Source of the DNA: Mobula hypostoma
Taxonomy: Eukaryota
NCBI RefSeq assembly: GCF_963921235.1
Contig: NC_086097.1
Location: 104,596,001 to 104,660,000, forward strand
Length of the DNA stretch: 64,000 nucleotides
Direction of reading: 5' to 3'
The notes below the pieces were generated by a model. It was not told the origin of the DNA. It was given only the letters and a program-made list of their open reading frames with translations, and did not search any database. A program made the position numbers and the translations under genes. Shown here piece after piece: positions 52,836-63,930 of this stretch. The first letter of the stretch is position 1; every line of letters begins with the position of its first letter.

Positions 52836-54017
52836 CAGTGTATGCGAAAGGATTCCCAAGGTCATCCTCCCTTTTGGCACGCCAGAGTTCACACTGGGTT
52901 GTTCACCTGTTCAGACTATGGGAAGGGATTCACTGAATCATCTCAACTACAGACAGACCAGTCAAATCACACTGGCTGGACCTTTCACATGTTCAGAATG
53001 TGGGAAGGGATTCACTCGGTCATCTGCCCTAGTGGCAGACCAGAGAGTTCACACTGAGGAGAGGGCGTTCACCAGTTCAGGGTGTAGGAAGGGGCTCGCT
53101 CGACCATCTGTCCTGTTGGTACACCAGCAAGGTCACACTGGGGGGAGTCTTTTCACTTGCTCTGACTGTCGGAAGGTATTCATTCAATCATCTGAGGTAC
53201 AGGCATATCAGTCAATTCACACCGGAATGTGGCCATACACCTGCTCAGACTGTGCAAAGGAATTCATTACGCCATCTAAACTCAGAATCAGAATCAAAAT
53301 CAGGTTTATTATCACCGGCATGTGTCATGAAATTTGTTAACTTAGCAGCAGCAGTTCAATGCAATACAAATTACATAAGAAAAACCATAAACATAAATAA
53401 GTAAATCAATTACAGTAAATGTATATTGAATAGATTTAAAAATCGTGCAAAACGGAAATAATATATATTTTGAAAAGCGAGGTAGTGCTCATAGGTTCAA
53501 TATCCATTTAGGAATCGAATGGCAGAGGGGAAGAAACTGTTCCTGAATCTCTGAGAGTGTGCCTTCAGGCTTCTGTACCTTCTACCAATGAGAAATGAGA
53601 AAAGGGCATGCCCTGGGTGCTGGGGGTCCTTAATAATGGGCGGTGCCTTTCTGAGGTATTGCTCCTTGAAGATGTCCTGGGTACTTTGTAGGCTAGTACC
53701 CAAAATGGAGCCGACTAAATTTATGATCTTCTGCAGCTTCTTTCGGTCCTGTGCAGTAGCCACCCCCCACCCCCCCCCCCCCCCGCCCCCGGATACTAGA
53801 CAGAGATGCAGCCTGTCAGAATGCTCCTCTCTATGGTACATTTATAGACGATTTTGGGTGTATTTGTTGACATACCAAATCTCTTCAAACTCCTGACGAA
53901 GTACAGTCGCTGTCTTGCCTTTATAGCTGAAGGTACATCCGTTAGTTCATACTGGGGAGAGGCTGCTTACCCGCTAAGAATGTGGGTAGGAATTCAGTCG
54001 GTCCTCTGAACTACTGG
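52836..54017 (+). pseudogene. Plus-strand degenerate C2H2 finger segment interrupted by a Rex1-like LINE
   Basis: [28 protein letters not shown]. The finger resumes at ~53927 (CTGAAGGTACATC..CATACTGGGGAGAGG). Confidence 0.85.
53283..53926 (-). mobile_element. Rex1/Babar-like LINE 3' fragment
   Basis: IIKDPQHPGHALFS..GRRYRSLK..RFRNSFFPSAIRFLN C-terminus; (GATTCT)n tail. Confidence 0.8.
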
Positions 54018-54424
54018 ATCCAAAGTTGAGGATTTTGGTCTTGGACAAAAAGTATAGTTCCAAGTTTGTCTCCCGTGAAGAAATTATAATAGATCAGTGA
54101 TTTTTTTTTACCAATTGAATTGGAACATTGAGATCAGGTCTGACATCCACAACCGGCTGATCTCCAAACGTTAGTAGTTAATGGGAATAGATCTGACCGA
54201 GGCCTAAAAGGAAGAACTGGGTCCAACTCGCAGTGAATTAAAATTTCAATTAGAGCTCTACGAGATATATAAACTTCTTGTATACCTTTTGGTTCTTCAG
54301 CAGATCATCTTTGTGACGCTCTGTCGCCACATTCCCCTTGCCTCCCACTGTCCCTTTTATCACACCCACATCCCTTTTCTCCTAATACTCAATCCCGGCT
54401 CATCCCATTCCCAGTATCCATGGT

Positions 54425-55500
54425 GCAGAACTGGATGTAATGATTGAGTGAATCCTTTCCCACATTGGGAGCAGGTGAACAGCCTCTCCCCAGTGTGATT
54501 TCGCTGATGTACCGTCAGTTGAGCTGACTGAGTGAATCTATTCCCACAGTCTGAGCAGGTGAACGGCTTGTCCTAAGTGTGAGTGAGCTCTGCCGCGTTA
54601 GCAGTTCAGATGACCGAGTGAACTCTCTGGTGTTTCTATCCATCGGCTGAGTGAGTCAATCTCTTCCAACACATGGAGCAAGTGAAGACCTCTCACTGCT
54701 GTAAATTTGCTGTTGTATCATCAGCTTGGATGACAGAATGAATCGCTTCCTGCAGGTATCACAGGTTAATCATTTCACTATGGGATGAACTTGCTGATGT
54801 ATGTTCACACTGGATGACTGAATAGATCCTTTGCCACACACAGAGCAGGTGAGTGGCCTCTTCTCATTGATGTGTCTGCAAGTCAGATGAATGAGAGAAA
54901 CCCTCCCCACGATGGGGAAAGGACAATGATATCTCCATTATCAGTTCTCTGGCAATTCATCAAGTCACATGCCAAACATAGTGAACCCCTTGCTCAGTCA
55001 ATGTCATTGAAGTACTAACCTCAGTAAAAAAAAAATACCGGTTTGTTCTCATCAACCCACTCCCAGTATATTTCATTGATTGAAGAGAGGAAACCTCATT
55101 TCAGATGCAAGACATGTTTCCAGCTGGGATGAGATATTTCTTCATCTCTAAGGGTCAACACCAGAAATAAGGGTGTTACAAAGAAAACACTTGGTCACTC
55201 AAACATCTGGACAGAGACAGCAAATCTGACGTGCAGCTGTGCTTGAGGGTCATGTACACAAATGCTTTGTCATTACTAACCTAGAAAAAGATTTTCAAAA
55301 GACATCAAAGGGTGAAGGACGGTATTTCAGATTAGATAATTTTAGTTTATGTACACTACACCGGTACAACAAGGTCCAACAGAAGCAGAAGAAACTCCTG
55401 GATGGGACAGATCATCTAGATCTGCCTGTATCAGAATGGACCATTTCTGCCCGCCTTCAGTCTGTGATGTGACTCAATTTGTCTCTCTCCATTTGTAATA
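54425..55500 (-). pseudogene. Degenerate C2H2 ZNF pseudogene with 5' module (putative acceptor at 55282-55281)
   Basis: Finger remnants at 54425-54920, paralogous to 52380-52510. 55095-55500 aligns to ~62665-63120. Confidence 0.85.
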
Positions 55501-55509
55501 TTTCAAGGA

Positions 55510-56985
55510 CCAAACTGAAACCAATGATGGATGATCGATAGCTGTGGCAGGGCTTGAATGCTATCACCTCTTACAAAGTGAAATTAAGAGAGGTGCGTGA
55601 GAGGCTTCGCTTCCAGATGAGCTCAAGGTCTTCTAAGCTCGCTTTGACTGTTGTAACTTGGACTCCCACAGCCTCAGACAATGCTGTGATTTCAGTCTCT
55701 GTGGTCGAGGGTTGAGCATCCTTCAAGAAAGCAACAGGCACAGATGTGGCAACTGGCCGTGTAATAAAGATCTGTGCTGATCAACTGGTTGGATGTGTTC
55801 ACCAATATCTTCAAGCTCTCGCTTCAGCTGTCTGAGGTACCCTCCAGCTTCAAGTAGGCCTCACTTATTCTGTGCCTAAAAAGAACGTGCTATCCTGCCT
55901 CAATGACTATCGTCCACTAGCACTTACATCTACTGCAGTGAAGTGTATTGAGAGGTTGGAGATGAAGCACATCAACTCCTGCCTGAGAAGCTACTTGGAT
56001 CCGCTCCAGTTTGCCTACTGGCACTACAGGTCCAGAGCAGAAGCCATTTCATTTCCTTAACGCTGGGAACATCTGGACAACAAAGACGCATAGACTAGGA
56101 TGTTCTATATCGACTACAGGTCGGCATTCAATATTAGCTTCCCCTCAAAACTATTCCTGAAACTTTAAGACCTTGGCTTGGCTAACTCTTTGTGCAATTG
56201 GATCCTTGTTTTCCTCACTTTCAGACCCCAGTCAGTTTGGATTGATTACAAAATCTGCCTCACAATCTCCATCAGCCCAGGTGCACCACAAAGCTGTATG
56301 CTTAGCCCCATGCCCTACTCATTTTACGCTTATGATGGTGTGACTAAGCACAGCTCTAATATCCTTTTTAGGTTTGATGACGAGCCCATGGTCATTGGCT
56401 GAATCAAAAGTGGTGACCAATCGGCATATAGGAGCCTAACTGGAAATCAGGCTGAGTGGTGCCGCAACAACATCTTACTCAATGATAGCAAGACTGAGAA
56501 GCTGATTACTGACTTCAGAAAGATGAAGCTAGAAGTCCATGAACCAGTCCTCATTGGAGGATCAAAGGTATCAGCAACTTAAAATTCCTCGGTGTTATCA
56601 TTTCAGGGTATGTGCTCTAGGACCAAGTATAATTGCCCCAAAACCCTGCAGCGACTCTACTTCATTAGAAGTCTATGAGGTTTTGGCATGACATCTAATC
56701 CAATGGAAAACTTCTGGAGATGTGTGGTCTGGTGTCTGTATTGACTGGCTGCATCACAGCCTGGTATGGGAATTCTAAAGCTCTGGAACGAATATTCCAA
56801 TAAAAAGTAGTGGATATGACCCAGTCTATCACTAGTAAAGCCTTCCCCTCCATTGACACATCAATACAGAGCGCTATCACAAGAAAGCAGCATCCATTAT
56901 CAGGGACCCAGGGGCTTCAGAACCAACACAACCAGGTTCAGGAACAGTTATTACCCCTCAACCAGAGGGGATAACTTCATTCAAT
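55510..56985 (+). mobile_element. Degenerate Rex1/Babar-like LINE (RT region to 3' end)
   Basis: PKK...CLNDYRPLALTS..KCIERL..LDPLQFAY; SLCNWI..FLTFRPQSV; GAPQSCMLSP; multiple stops and frameshifts. Confidence 0.85.
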
Positions 56986-57094
56986 AGTTCAATGGCTTCA
57001 TTTAATATCAGAGAATGTGTGCAATATACAACCTAAAATTCTTACTCTCCGCAGATGATCACAAAACAAAAGAAAACCCCAAAGAGCGAATGAT

Positions 57095-58140
57095 AAGGCA
57101 TGCAGAAGTTTGGGCACCCCGGTCAAAATTTCTGTCACTGTGAATAGCTAAGCGAGTAAAAGATGAACTGATTTCCAAAAGGCATAAAGTTAAAGATGAC
57201 ACATTTCTTTAATATCTTAAGCAAGAACACTTCTTTTATTTCCATCTTTTACAGTTTCAAAATAACAAAAAAGGAAAAGGACCTGATGCAAAGGTTTGGG
57301 CACCCCGCATGGTCAGTACTTAGTAACACCCCCCTTTGGCAAGTATCACAGCTTGTAAACACTTTTTGTAGCCAGCTAAGAGTCTTTCAATTCTTGTTTG
57401 GGGGCATCCGTTAGTCTTCCGAGACCATGGATCTGCGCCTGGAAAGTCTTCACTCTCCAGGGCGTAGGCCTGGGCAAGGTTGTATAGACCAGCAGTTGCC
57501 CAGGCTGCAAGTCTCCCCTCTCCACGACACCAATGTTGTCCAAGGGAAGGGCATTAGGACCCATTCAGTTTGGCACCAGTGTCGTCCCCCTTGTTAGGGG
57601 GATTTTTGCCCATTCTTCCTTGCAAAAGGCTTCTAGTTTTTGAGATTCTTAGGTCGTCTTGCATGCACTGCTCTTTTGAGGTCTATCCATAGATTCTTGA
57701 TGATGTTTAGGTCAGGGGACTGTGAGGGCCATGGCTGAACCTTCAGCTTGTGCCTCTTGAGGTAGTCCATTGTGAATTTTGAGGTGTGTTTGGGATCATT
57801 ATCCGGTTGTAGAAGCCATCCTCTTTTCATCTTCAGCTTTTTATACAGACAGTGTGATGTTTGCTTCCAGAATTTGCTGGTATTGAATTGAATTCATTCT
57901 TCCCTCTACCAGTAAATGTTCCCCGTGCCTCTGGCTGCGACACAAGCCCAAAGCATGATCAATCCACCACCGTGCTTAACAGTTGGAGAGGGGTTCTTTT
58001 CATGAAATTCTGCACCCTTTTTTCTCCAAACATACCTTTTCTCACTGTGGCCAAAAAAGTTCTATTTTAACTTCATCAGTCCACAGGACTTGCTTCAGGC
58101 TTGTTTAGATGTTCCTTTGAGCCTTTTGAATAGAACTTTT
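57095..58140 (-). mobile_element. Tc1-family DNA transposon fragment (one IR/DR-type end plus the 3' part of the transposase)
   Basis: DNDPKHTSK...[15 protein letters not shown] (catalytic E>K). Direct repeats ATGCA.A.GTTTGGGCACCCC at 57100 and 57286. Confidence 0.88.
57405..57589. mobile_element. Short retroposed insertion (RTE/SINE-like) nested in the Tc1
   Basis: 12-bp TSD CTTGTT(T/A)GGGGG at 57393-57404 and 57590-57601. Confidence 0.75.
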
Positions 58141-58799
58141 TGCAACAGCAAAAGCATCAACACTCCCCCACCCCTCCCCCTTTATTTCACCAAAGAGCAT
58201 CAGACACCCGATCACCCACCATGCCATCAACAGGAAAGCCCAAAAGAGACCATGATCTAGACTCCATCCCAACAGGCCCCCCTCTGTCACTAACGAGGGA
58301 AGATATTGCTCCTGCCATAGCAAGAAAGAGACCAATAGCTTGCTGTGTCAATCTCTACAGCGCCACTTTTACTTCCAGTTTACTGACTCAAGTGTTGGTA
58401 GCACTCACTCATCATCGAGAGAGAGAGGGAGAGAAGAGAGAGGAAGAGGGAAAGGGAGAGAGAGAGCAAGAATGCATATCATGTTTACTTTTCTTGTGAT
58501 CACAAGACCCTTTCGGACATTGTTAATCTGGTACACTGCAAGTTTGATTCACTAATTTATTGGATGCAAGCAGGAGTGGATAGTGGGAGCCAAGTCCTCG
58601 GTCATAGTGACAATTAGGCCTGAACCCATGTTGTCACCTGCTTACAAGCCGCCCAGACTAAGGAAATAAAGCCTCTGTGCTTCACTGGGGGCGTTGTGGC
58701 ACAGCGTCCAGAACATGCTTGAGCTACCCTCACAGGGTTTCGCTCAGCAGTAGGTAAGCCCTGTTGTGGCCCACACAGATTTTTTAGCAGCACTCATTG

Positions 58800-59012
58800 A
58801 AACTTCTTGCCACAGGTGGTTGTGGAGTTCAATTTATTGGATGTATATAAGGCAAATGTTGATAGATTCTTGTTTAGTCTGGGTGAGAATGGATACAGGA
58901 AAAAGGCAGGAGATTAGGGCTGAGATGGAAAATAGGTCCGCCATGATGCAATGGCAGTACAGACTCAATAGGCTGACTGGCCGAATTCAGCTCCTATCTT
59001 TTATGGTCTTAA
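58800..59012 (+). mobile_element. Old CR1 3' end fragment
   Basis: GTTGATAGATTCTTG...GGCCGAATTCAGCTCCTATCTTTTATGGTCTT resembles the CR1 3'UTR and tail. Confidence 0.6.
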
Positions 59013-59389
59013 AAAATACTAAATATTGAGATGTGTGATGAAGAGTCCCTGAAACTGAGTCCATAATTTGTGGGATCAGTTCACTGATGGGGCAACTGAA
59101 GTGGAAGTGGAGCTAATCATGGTCCTAGAGGATGGATTCACTGAGCACATCTGCAAAACAACTTTTTTCCAATGCCTCATCTTATTTTTTCCAAGGTAGC
59201 TGGGGCCCTATTGGAGGGAGTCTGTCATCTACTGCTGCATTCAAACTGCAGATTTTCATGATGGTGGGTTCCCATTCTTGGACTTGCCAAGCAGCCATGT
59301 TTTCAATATGTCTACTGGGGGCAGCATAGCATAGTTGAGCTAATTGAATGGATTGAAGGGGCTGGTCTAAACCTATATATGTCTCTGGT

Positions 59390-59934
59390 TGTGGTTCTAC
59401 TAATTGATATGCACTTGCAAGGACTCACAGAGGAACATCTGGAGAAATTTCTGAAATGCCAGTTCGCTGCTGTTGTTACTGCACGATCGGGAATCTTTCG
59501 GAGGGAATGCCTCAAAATCCCCAGCTTTGCCTGCTGTTGGCGACTGAGATTGAAGTCAAATCGTTCGGATAGAGATGGCACTCAGTACTTGGTGTTGGAG
59601 AGCTGATCGGAGGTTCGAAGTTTTCGGATGACTCAGAGTCAGACTGTGGTCGGGCATGGCAGGGAGAGTTTTTCTTCCTTCTCCTGTCTGCGTGAGATGT
59701 GGGACATTTGAGAGACTCTGAACTTTTTACTGTGCTCATGGACTTCTTCATCAAGTTATGGTATTGTTGCACTGTTGTAACTATATGTTATAATTATGTG
59801 GTTTTGTTACGTTTTTTCAGTCTTGGTCTGTCCTGTCTTTTGTGATATCACACTGGAGGAAATATTGTATCATTTCTTAATGCATGCATTACTAAATGAC
59901 AATAAAAGAGGACTGCGTGTCTTCATAATCTAAT
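59390..59934 (+). mobile_element. Probable LINE 3'UTR fragment abutting the 3' end of the ZNF array
   Basis: T-rich UTR, AATAAA at ~59901 and ATAATCTAAT tail. Finger sequence begins abruptly at ~59935. Confidence 0.45.
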
Positions 59935-60121
59935 GTACCTTCAGATTAGATAACTGAATGATTCCCTTCCCGCATACTGAACAGGTGAAAGGCCACACGC
60001 CAGTGTGAACTCGATGGTGTGTCTGTAGGGAAGATAATGGAGTGAAACCCTTCCCACAGTCTAAACAGGTAAGCTCCCTCTACCCAGTGCAAGCTCACTG
60101 GTGTGTCTGTAGGGAATTTAA

Positions 60122-62398
60122 TTATTTGAAATCCTTCCCACAGTCCAAACAGGTGAACTCCCTCTCCCCAGTGTGAACTCGCAAATGTGTCTGTAGGGAA
60201 GATAATTGAGTGAATCCCTTCCCACAATCCAAACAAGTGAACGGTCTCTCCCCAGTGTGAACTCGCTGGTGTGTCTGTAGGGAAGATAATTGAGTGAATC
60301 CCTTCCCACAGTCTGAACAAGTGAACGGCCTCTCCCCAGTGTGAATTCGCTGGTGTGTCTGCAGGGAAGATAATTGAGTGAATCCCTTTCTACACACTGA
60401 ACAGCTGAATGGCCTCTCCCCGGTGTGAACTCGCTGGTGTGTTTGCAGGGAAGATAACTGAGTGAATCCCTTTCCACACACTGAACAAGTGAATGGCCTC
60501 TCCCCGGTGTGAACTCGCTGGTGCGTCTGTAGGGAAGATAACTGAGTGAATCCCTTTCCACACACTGAACAGCAGAATGGCCTCACCCCAGTGTGAATTC
60601 GTCGGTGTGCCTCTAGGGAAGATGACTGAGTGAATCCCTTCCCACAGTCTGAACAGATGAATGGCCTCTCCCCAGTATGGACACGATGGTGTACCAATAG
60701 GGCAGATGATTGACTGAATCCCTTCCCACACACGGAACAGGTGAATGGCCTCTCCCCAGTCTGAACTCGCCGATGTCCCTGTAGGTGTCGTGATCGACTG
60801 AATCCTTTCTCACACACTGAACTTGTGAATAGCCTCTCCCTAGTGTGAACTCGCTGATGTCCCTGTAGGGAAGATAACTGAGTGAATCCCTTCCCACACA
60901 CTGAACAGTTGAATGGTCTCTCTCCAGTGTGAACTCGTTGGTGTGCCTGTAGGGAAGATAACTGAGTGAATCCCTTCCCACAGTCTGAACAGGTGAATGG
61001 CCTCTCTCCAGTGTGAACACGCTGATGTGCCTTGAGAGAAGATAATTGACTGAATCCCTTCCCACAGTCTGAACAGGTGAACGGCCTCTCCCCAGTGTGA
61101 ACTCGCTGGTGGACCAATACAGCAGATGATCGAGTGAACCCCTTCCCACACACTGAGCAGATGAATGGCCTCTCCTCAGTGTGAACTCGTTGGTGTCCCT
61201 GCAGGTGATGTGATCGGCAAAATCTCTTCTCACGCACTGAACTGGTGAATGGCCTCTCCCCAGTGTGAACTCGCTGATGTGTTTGTAAAGAAGATAATTG
61301 AGTGAATCTCTTTCCACAGTCTGAACAATGGAACGGCTTCTCCCCAGTGTGAACTCGCCAGTGTGTCTGTAGGGAAGATAATTGAGTGAATGTCTTTTGA
61401 CAGACTGAACAACTGAAGGGCCTCACACCAGTGTGAATTCGTCGGTGTGCCTCAAGGGAAGATGACTGAGTGAATCCCTTCCCACAGTCTGAACATGTGA
61501 ACGGCCTCTCCCCAGTATGGACACGATGGTGTACCAATAGGGCAGATGATTGACTGAATCCCTTCCCACACACAGAACAGGTGAATGGCCTCTCCCCAGT
61601 CTGAACTCGCTGATGACTCTGTAGGTGACAAGATGGACTGAATTCTTTCTCACACACTGAACTGGTGAACAGCCTCTCCCCAGTGTGAACTCGCTGGTGT
61701 GCCTGTAGGGAAGATGACTGAGTGAATCCCTTCCCACAGTCCGAACAGGTGAATGGCCTCTCCCCAGTGTGAATTCTCTGCTGTGCCAGTAGGGCAGATG
61801 AATGACTGTACCCTTTCCCACACACTGAGCAGGTGAATTGCCTCTCCCCACTGTGAACCCGGTGCTGTCCCTGTAGGTGACAAGATCGACTGAATCCCTT
61901 CACACAAACTGAACTGATGAACAGCCTCTCCCCAGTGTGAACTCGCTGGTGTGTCTGCAGGGAAGATAATTGAGTGAATCCCGTTCCACACACTGAACAA
62001 GTGAATGGCCTCTCCCCAGTGTGAACTCGCTGGTGTGCCTGCAGGGAGGATAACTGAGTGAATCCCTTTGCACACACTGAACAGGTGAATGGCCTCTCCC
62101 CAGTATGAACTCGCTGGTGTACCAGTAGGGCAGATGATCGATTGAACCTCTTCCCACAGTCTGAGCAGATGAACATCTCCCCAGTGTGAAATGACAGGTA
62201 TGCTAATAGATCCGATGACAAAGTCAATCCTTTCCTACAGTCTGAACAGTTGAACAGCCTCTCACCAGTGTGAACACACTCATATCTAGGCAGGTCAGAT
62301 AACCAAGGGAATCTCTTTCCACACACGGAATCATTGAAGACTCTGTTCCTTGTGAACTCACTGATGTGAATTTTCTGACGTACCGTCAGTGTGGGCAA
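60122..62398 (-). CDS. Tandem C2H2 zinc-finger protein: 24 complete finger units after Met75 (about 19 canonical); no effector domain in the window
   Basis: 758-codon open frame of CxxC-x12-HxxxH units with TGERP linkers. The track start is TTG, the first ATG is at 62176, and there is an in-frame TGA upstream at 62410-62408. Degenerate fingers flank both sides. Confidence 0.85.
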   Translation of the reverse strand: MPTLTVRQKIHISEFTRNRVFNDSVCGKRFPWLSDLPRYECVHTGERLFNCSDCRKGLTLSSDLLAYLSFHTGEMFICSDCGKRFNRSSALLVHQRVHTGERPFTCSVCAKGFTQLSSLQAHQRVHTGERPFTCSVCGTGFTQLSSLQTHQRVHTGERLFISSVCVKGFSRSCHLQGQHRVHSGERQFTCSVCGKGYSHSSALLAQQRIHTGERPFTCSDCGKGFTQSSSLQAHQRVHTGERLFTSSVCEKEFSPSCHLQSHQRVQTGERPFTCSVCGKGFSQSSALLVHHRVHTGERPFTCSDCGKGFTQSSSLEAHRRIHTGVRPFSCSVCQKTFTQLSSLQTHWRVHTGEKPFHCSDCGKRFTQLSSLQTHQRVHTGERPFTSSVREKRFCRSHHLQGHQRVHTEERPFICSVCGKGFTRSSAVLVHQRVHTGERPFTCSDCGKGFSQLSSLKAHQRVHTGERPFTCSDCGKGFTQLSSLQAHQRVHTGERPFNCSVCGKGFTQLSSLQGHQRVHTRERLFTSSVCEKGFSRSRHLQGHRRVQTGERPFTCSVCGKGFSQSSALLVHHRVHTGERPFICSDCGKGFTQSSSLEAHRRIHTGVRPFCCSVCGKGFTQLSSLQTHQRVHTGERPFTCSVCGKGFTQLSSLQTHQRVHTGERPFSCSVCRKGFTQLSSLQTHQRIHTGERPFTCSDCGKGFTQLSSLQTHQRVHTGERPFTCLDCGKGFTQLSSLQTHLRVHTGEREFTCLDCGKDFK

Positions 62399-62851
62399 CA
62401 GACTAAATCACTTCATTCAGACAGAACCGGTGGAGCATCTCACTGTGGTGTGAACTTGCTGATGTATCTTCATGCTGAGTCACTGAGTAGATCCTGTCCC
62501 ACACACAGAACAGGTGATTGGCGTCTTCACTCTGTAAACTCACAGGTGTTTCTGTGGCTTGCTGAGTGAGAGAATCTCACACTGAGAAAGTCCCTTGGCA
62601 TCAAATACCGGTGTGTTCTCAGCACCTCATTTCCAGCAGACTTCAGAGTTACTACATAAAACTTCACTTCAGACACAAAGCATTTTTCCAGCTGGGATGA
62701 GATACTTCTTCATCTCCTAAGATCAACAATGGATATATTGGTGTTACAATGGAAATAGCTGGTCACTCCTCAAATATCTGGACAAAGACAGCAAACCTGA
62801 AATTCTGTTCTGTATGAGATTCCTGCACACAAATTCTTTGTCATTTCCAAC

Positions 62852-62870
62852 CTGTAAAAAGATTTACAAA
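62852..62870 (-). promoter_or_regulatory. Putative splice acceptor of the ZNF exon
   Basis: Minus strand TTTGTAAATCTTTTTACAG|GTTGG. The site is conserved in position in four paralogous modules. Confidence 0.55.
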
Positions 62871-63269
62871 AGACATCAATGGGTGAAGGGCAGCATTTCA
62901 GATGAGATAATTTTAGTCTCTATAATGATGTTTGATATCACACTGTTACAGCGAGGTTTGACCCAAGTTCAAGAAACAGATCCTAATCTAACTGGGACAG
63001 ATCAGGGATCTGGACTGACCATTCAGTTCCCCGACTGTTTTCCTGTCTATATCAGAATGGGCCATTCCACCCATCTTCAATCTGTGACATGGCTCAATTT
63101 GTCTCTCTTAATTTGTATCATCTCAAGCTCTGTTCATGTTCTACAGAGTCCCGGCAATTCTGGACAATGTTTCCCAGCCTCTGCATGTCACCTTTGCTGA
63201 ACATAGGAACACTTTTAGTAAAACAACTGCGCTGCACCAAAGAGCACTTTATGAGCTCATTCTTACCCA

Positions 63270-63930
63270 TAAGACCATGAGACGTAGGAACAGAATTAGG
63301 CCATCTGGTTCACTGAGTCTGCTCCGCCATTCAATCATGGTTGATTCTTTTATTTTATCTCTTCCTGAACCTTAATTCTCGGCTTTCTCTCCGTAACCTT
63401 TGATGCCATGTCCAATCAAGAACCATCAATCTCTGCCTTAAATACACCGAACAACCTGGCGTCCACAGCTGCATGTGGCAACAAATTCCACAAACTCACC
63501 ACCCTTTGGCTAAAGAAATTTCTCCGCATCTCTGTTTGAAAGGGCATCCCTCTATCCTGAGGTTGTGCCCTCTTGGCCTAGGCTCTCCCACCAAGAGAAA
63601 CATCCTTTCCACATCTACCCTGTCTAGGCCTTTCAACATTCAAAAGGTTGCAATGAGATTCGCCATCATCCTTCTGAATTTCAGTGAGCCATCAAACAAA
63701 GTAGCAAATGAAATACAATGTTGGAAAATGTATGATTGTGCACTTTGGTGGAAAAAATAAGTGGGCAATTATTTAGATGGGGTGAGAATTCAAAATGCAG
63801 AGATGCAAGGGGACTTGGGAGTCCTTGTGCAGGATACCCTAAAGGTTAACCTCTATATTAAGACAATGGTGAAGAAGGTGAATGGAATGTTGACATTCAT
63901 TTCTAGAGGTATAAAATATAAGAGCAGGGG
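63270..63930. mobile_element. CR1 LINE fragment: minus-strand 3' end (63270-63688) joined to a plus-strand ORF2 piece (63690-63930)
   Basis: ATAAGACCATGAGAC tail plus 3'UTR. The plus piece encodes QMKYNVGKC..QGDLGVLVQD..GML.FI.RG..YKSR-like sequence. Confidence 0.75.

Noticed and set aside
53761..53790. Poly-C tract (G4 potential, poly-Pro/Gly ORFs)
   Set aside because: Homopolymer expansion within a dead LINE.
59946..62157. Alternative-frame repetitive ORFs over the ZNF
   Set aside because: Shadow frames of the 84-bp finger repeat.
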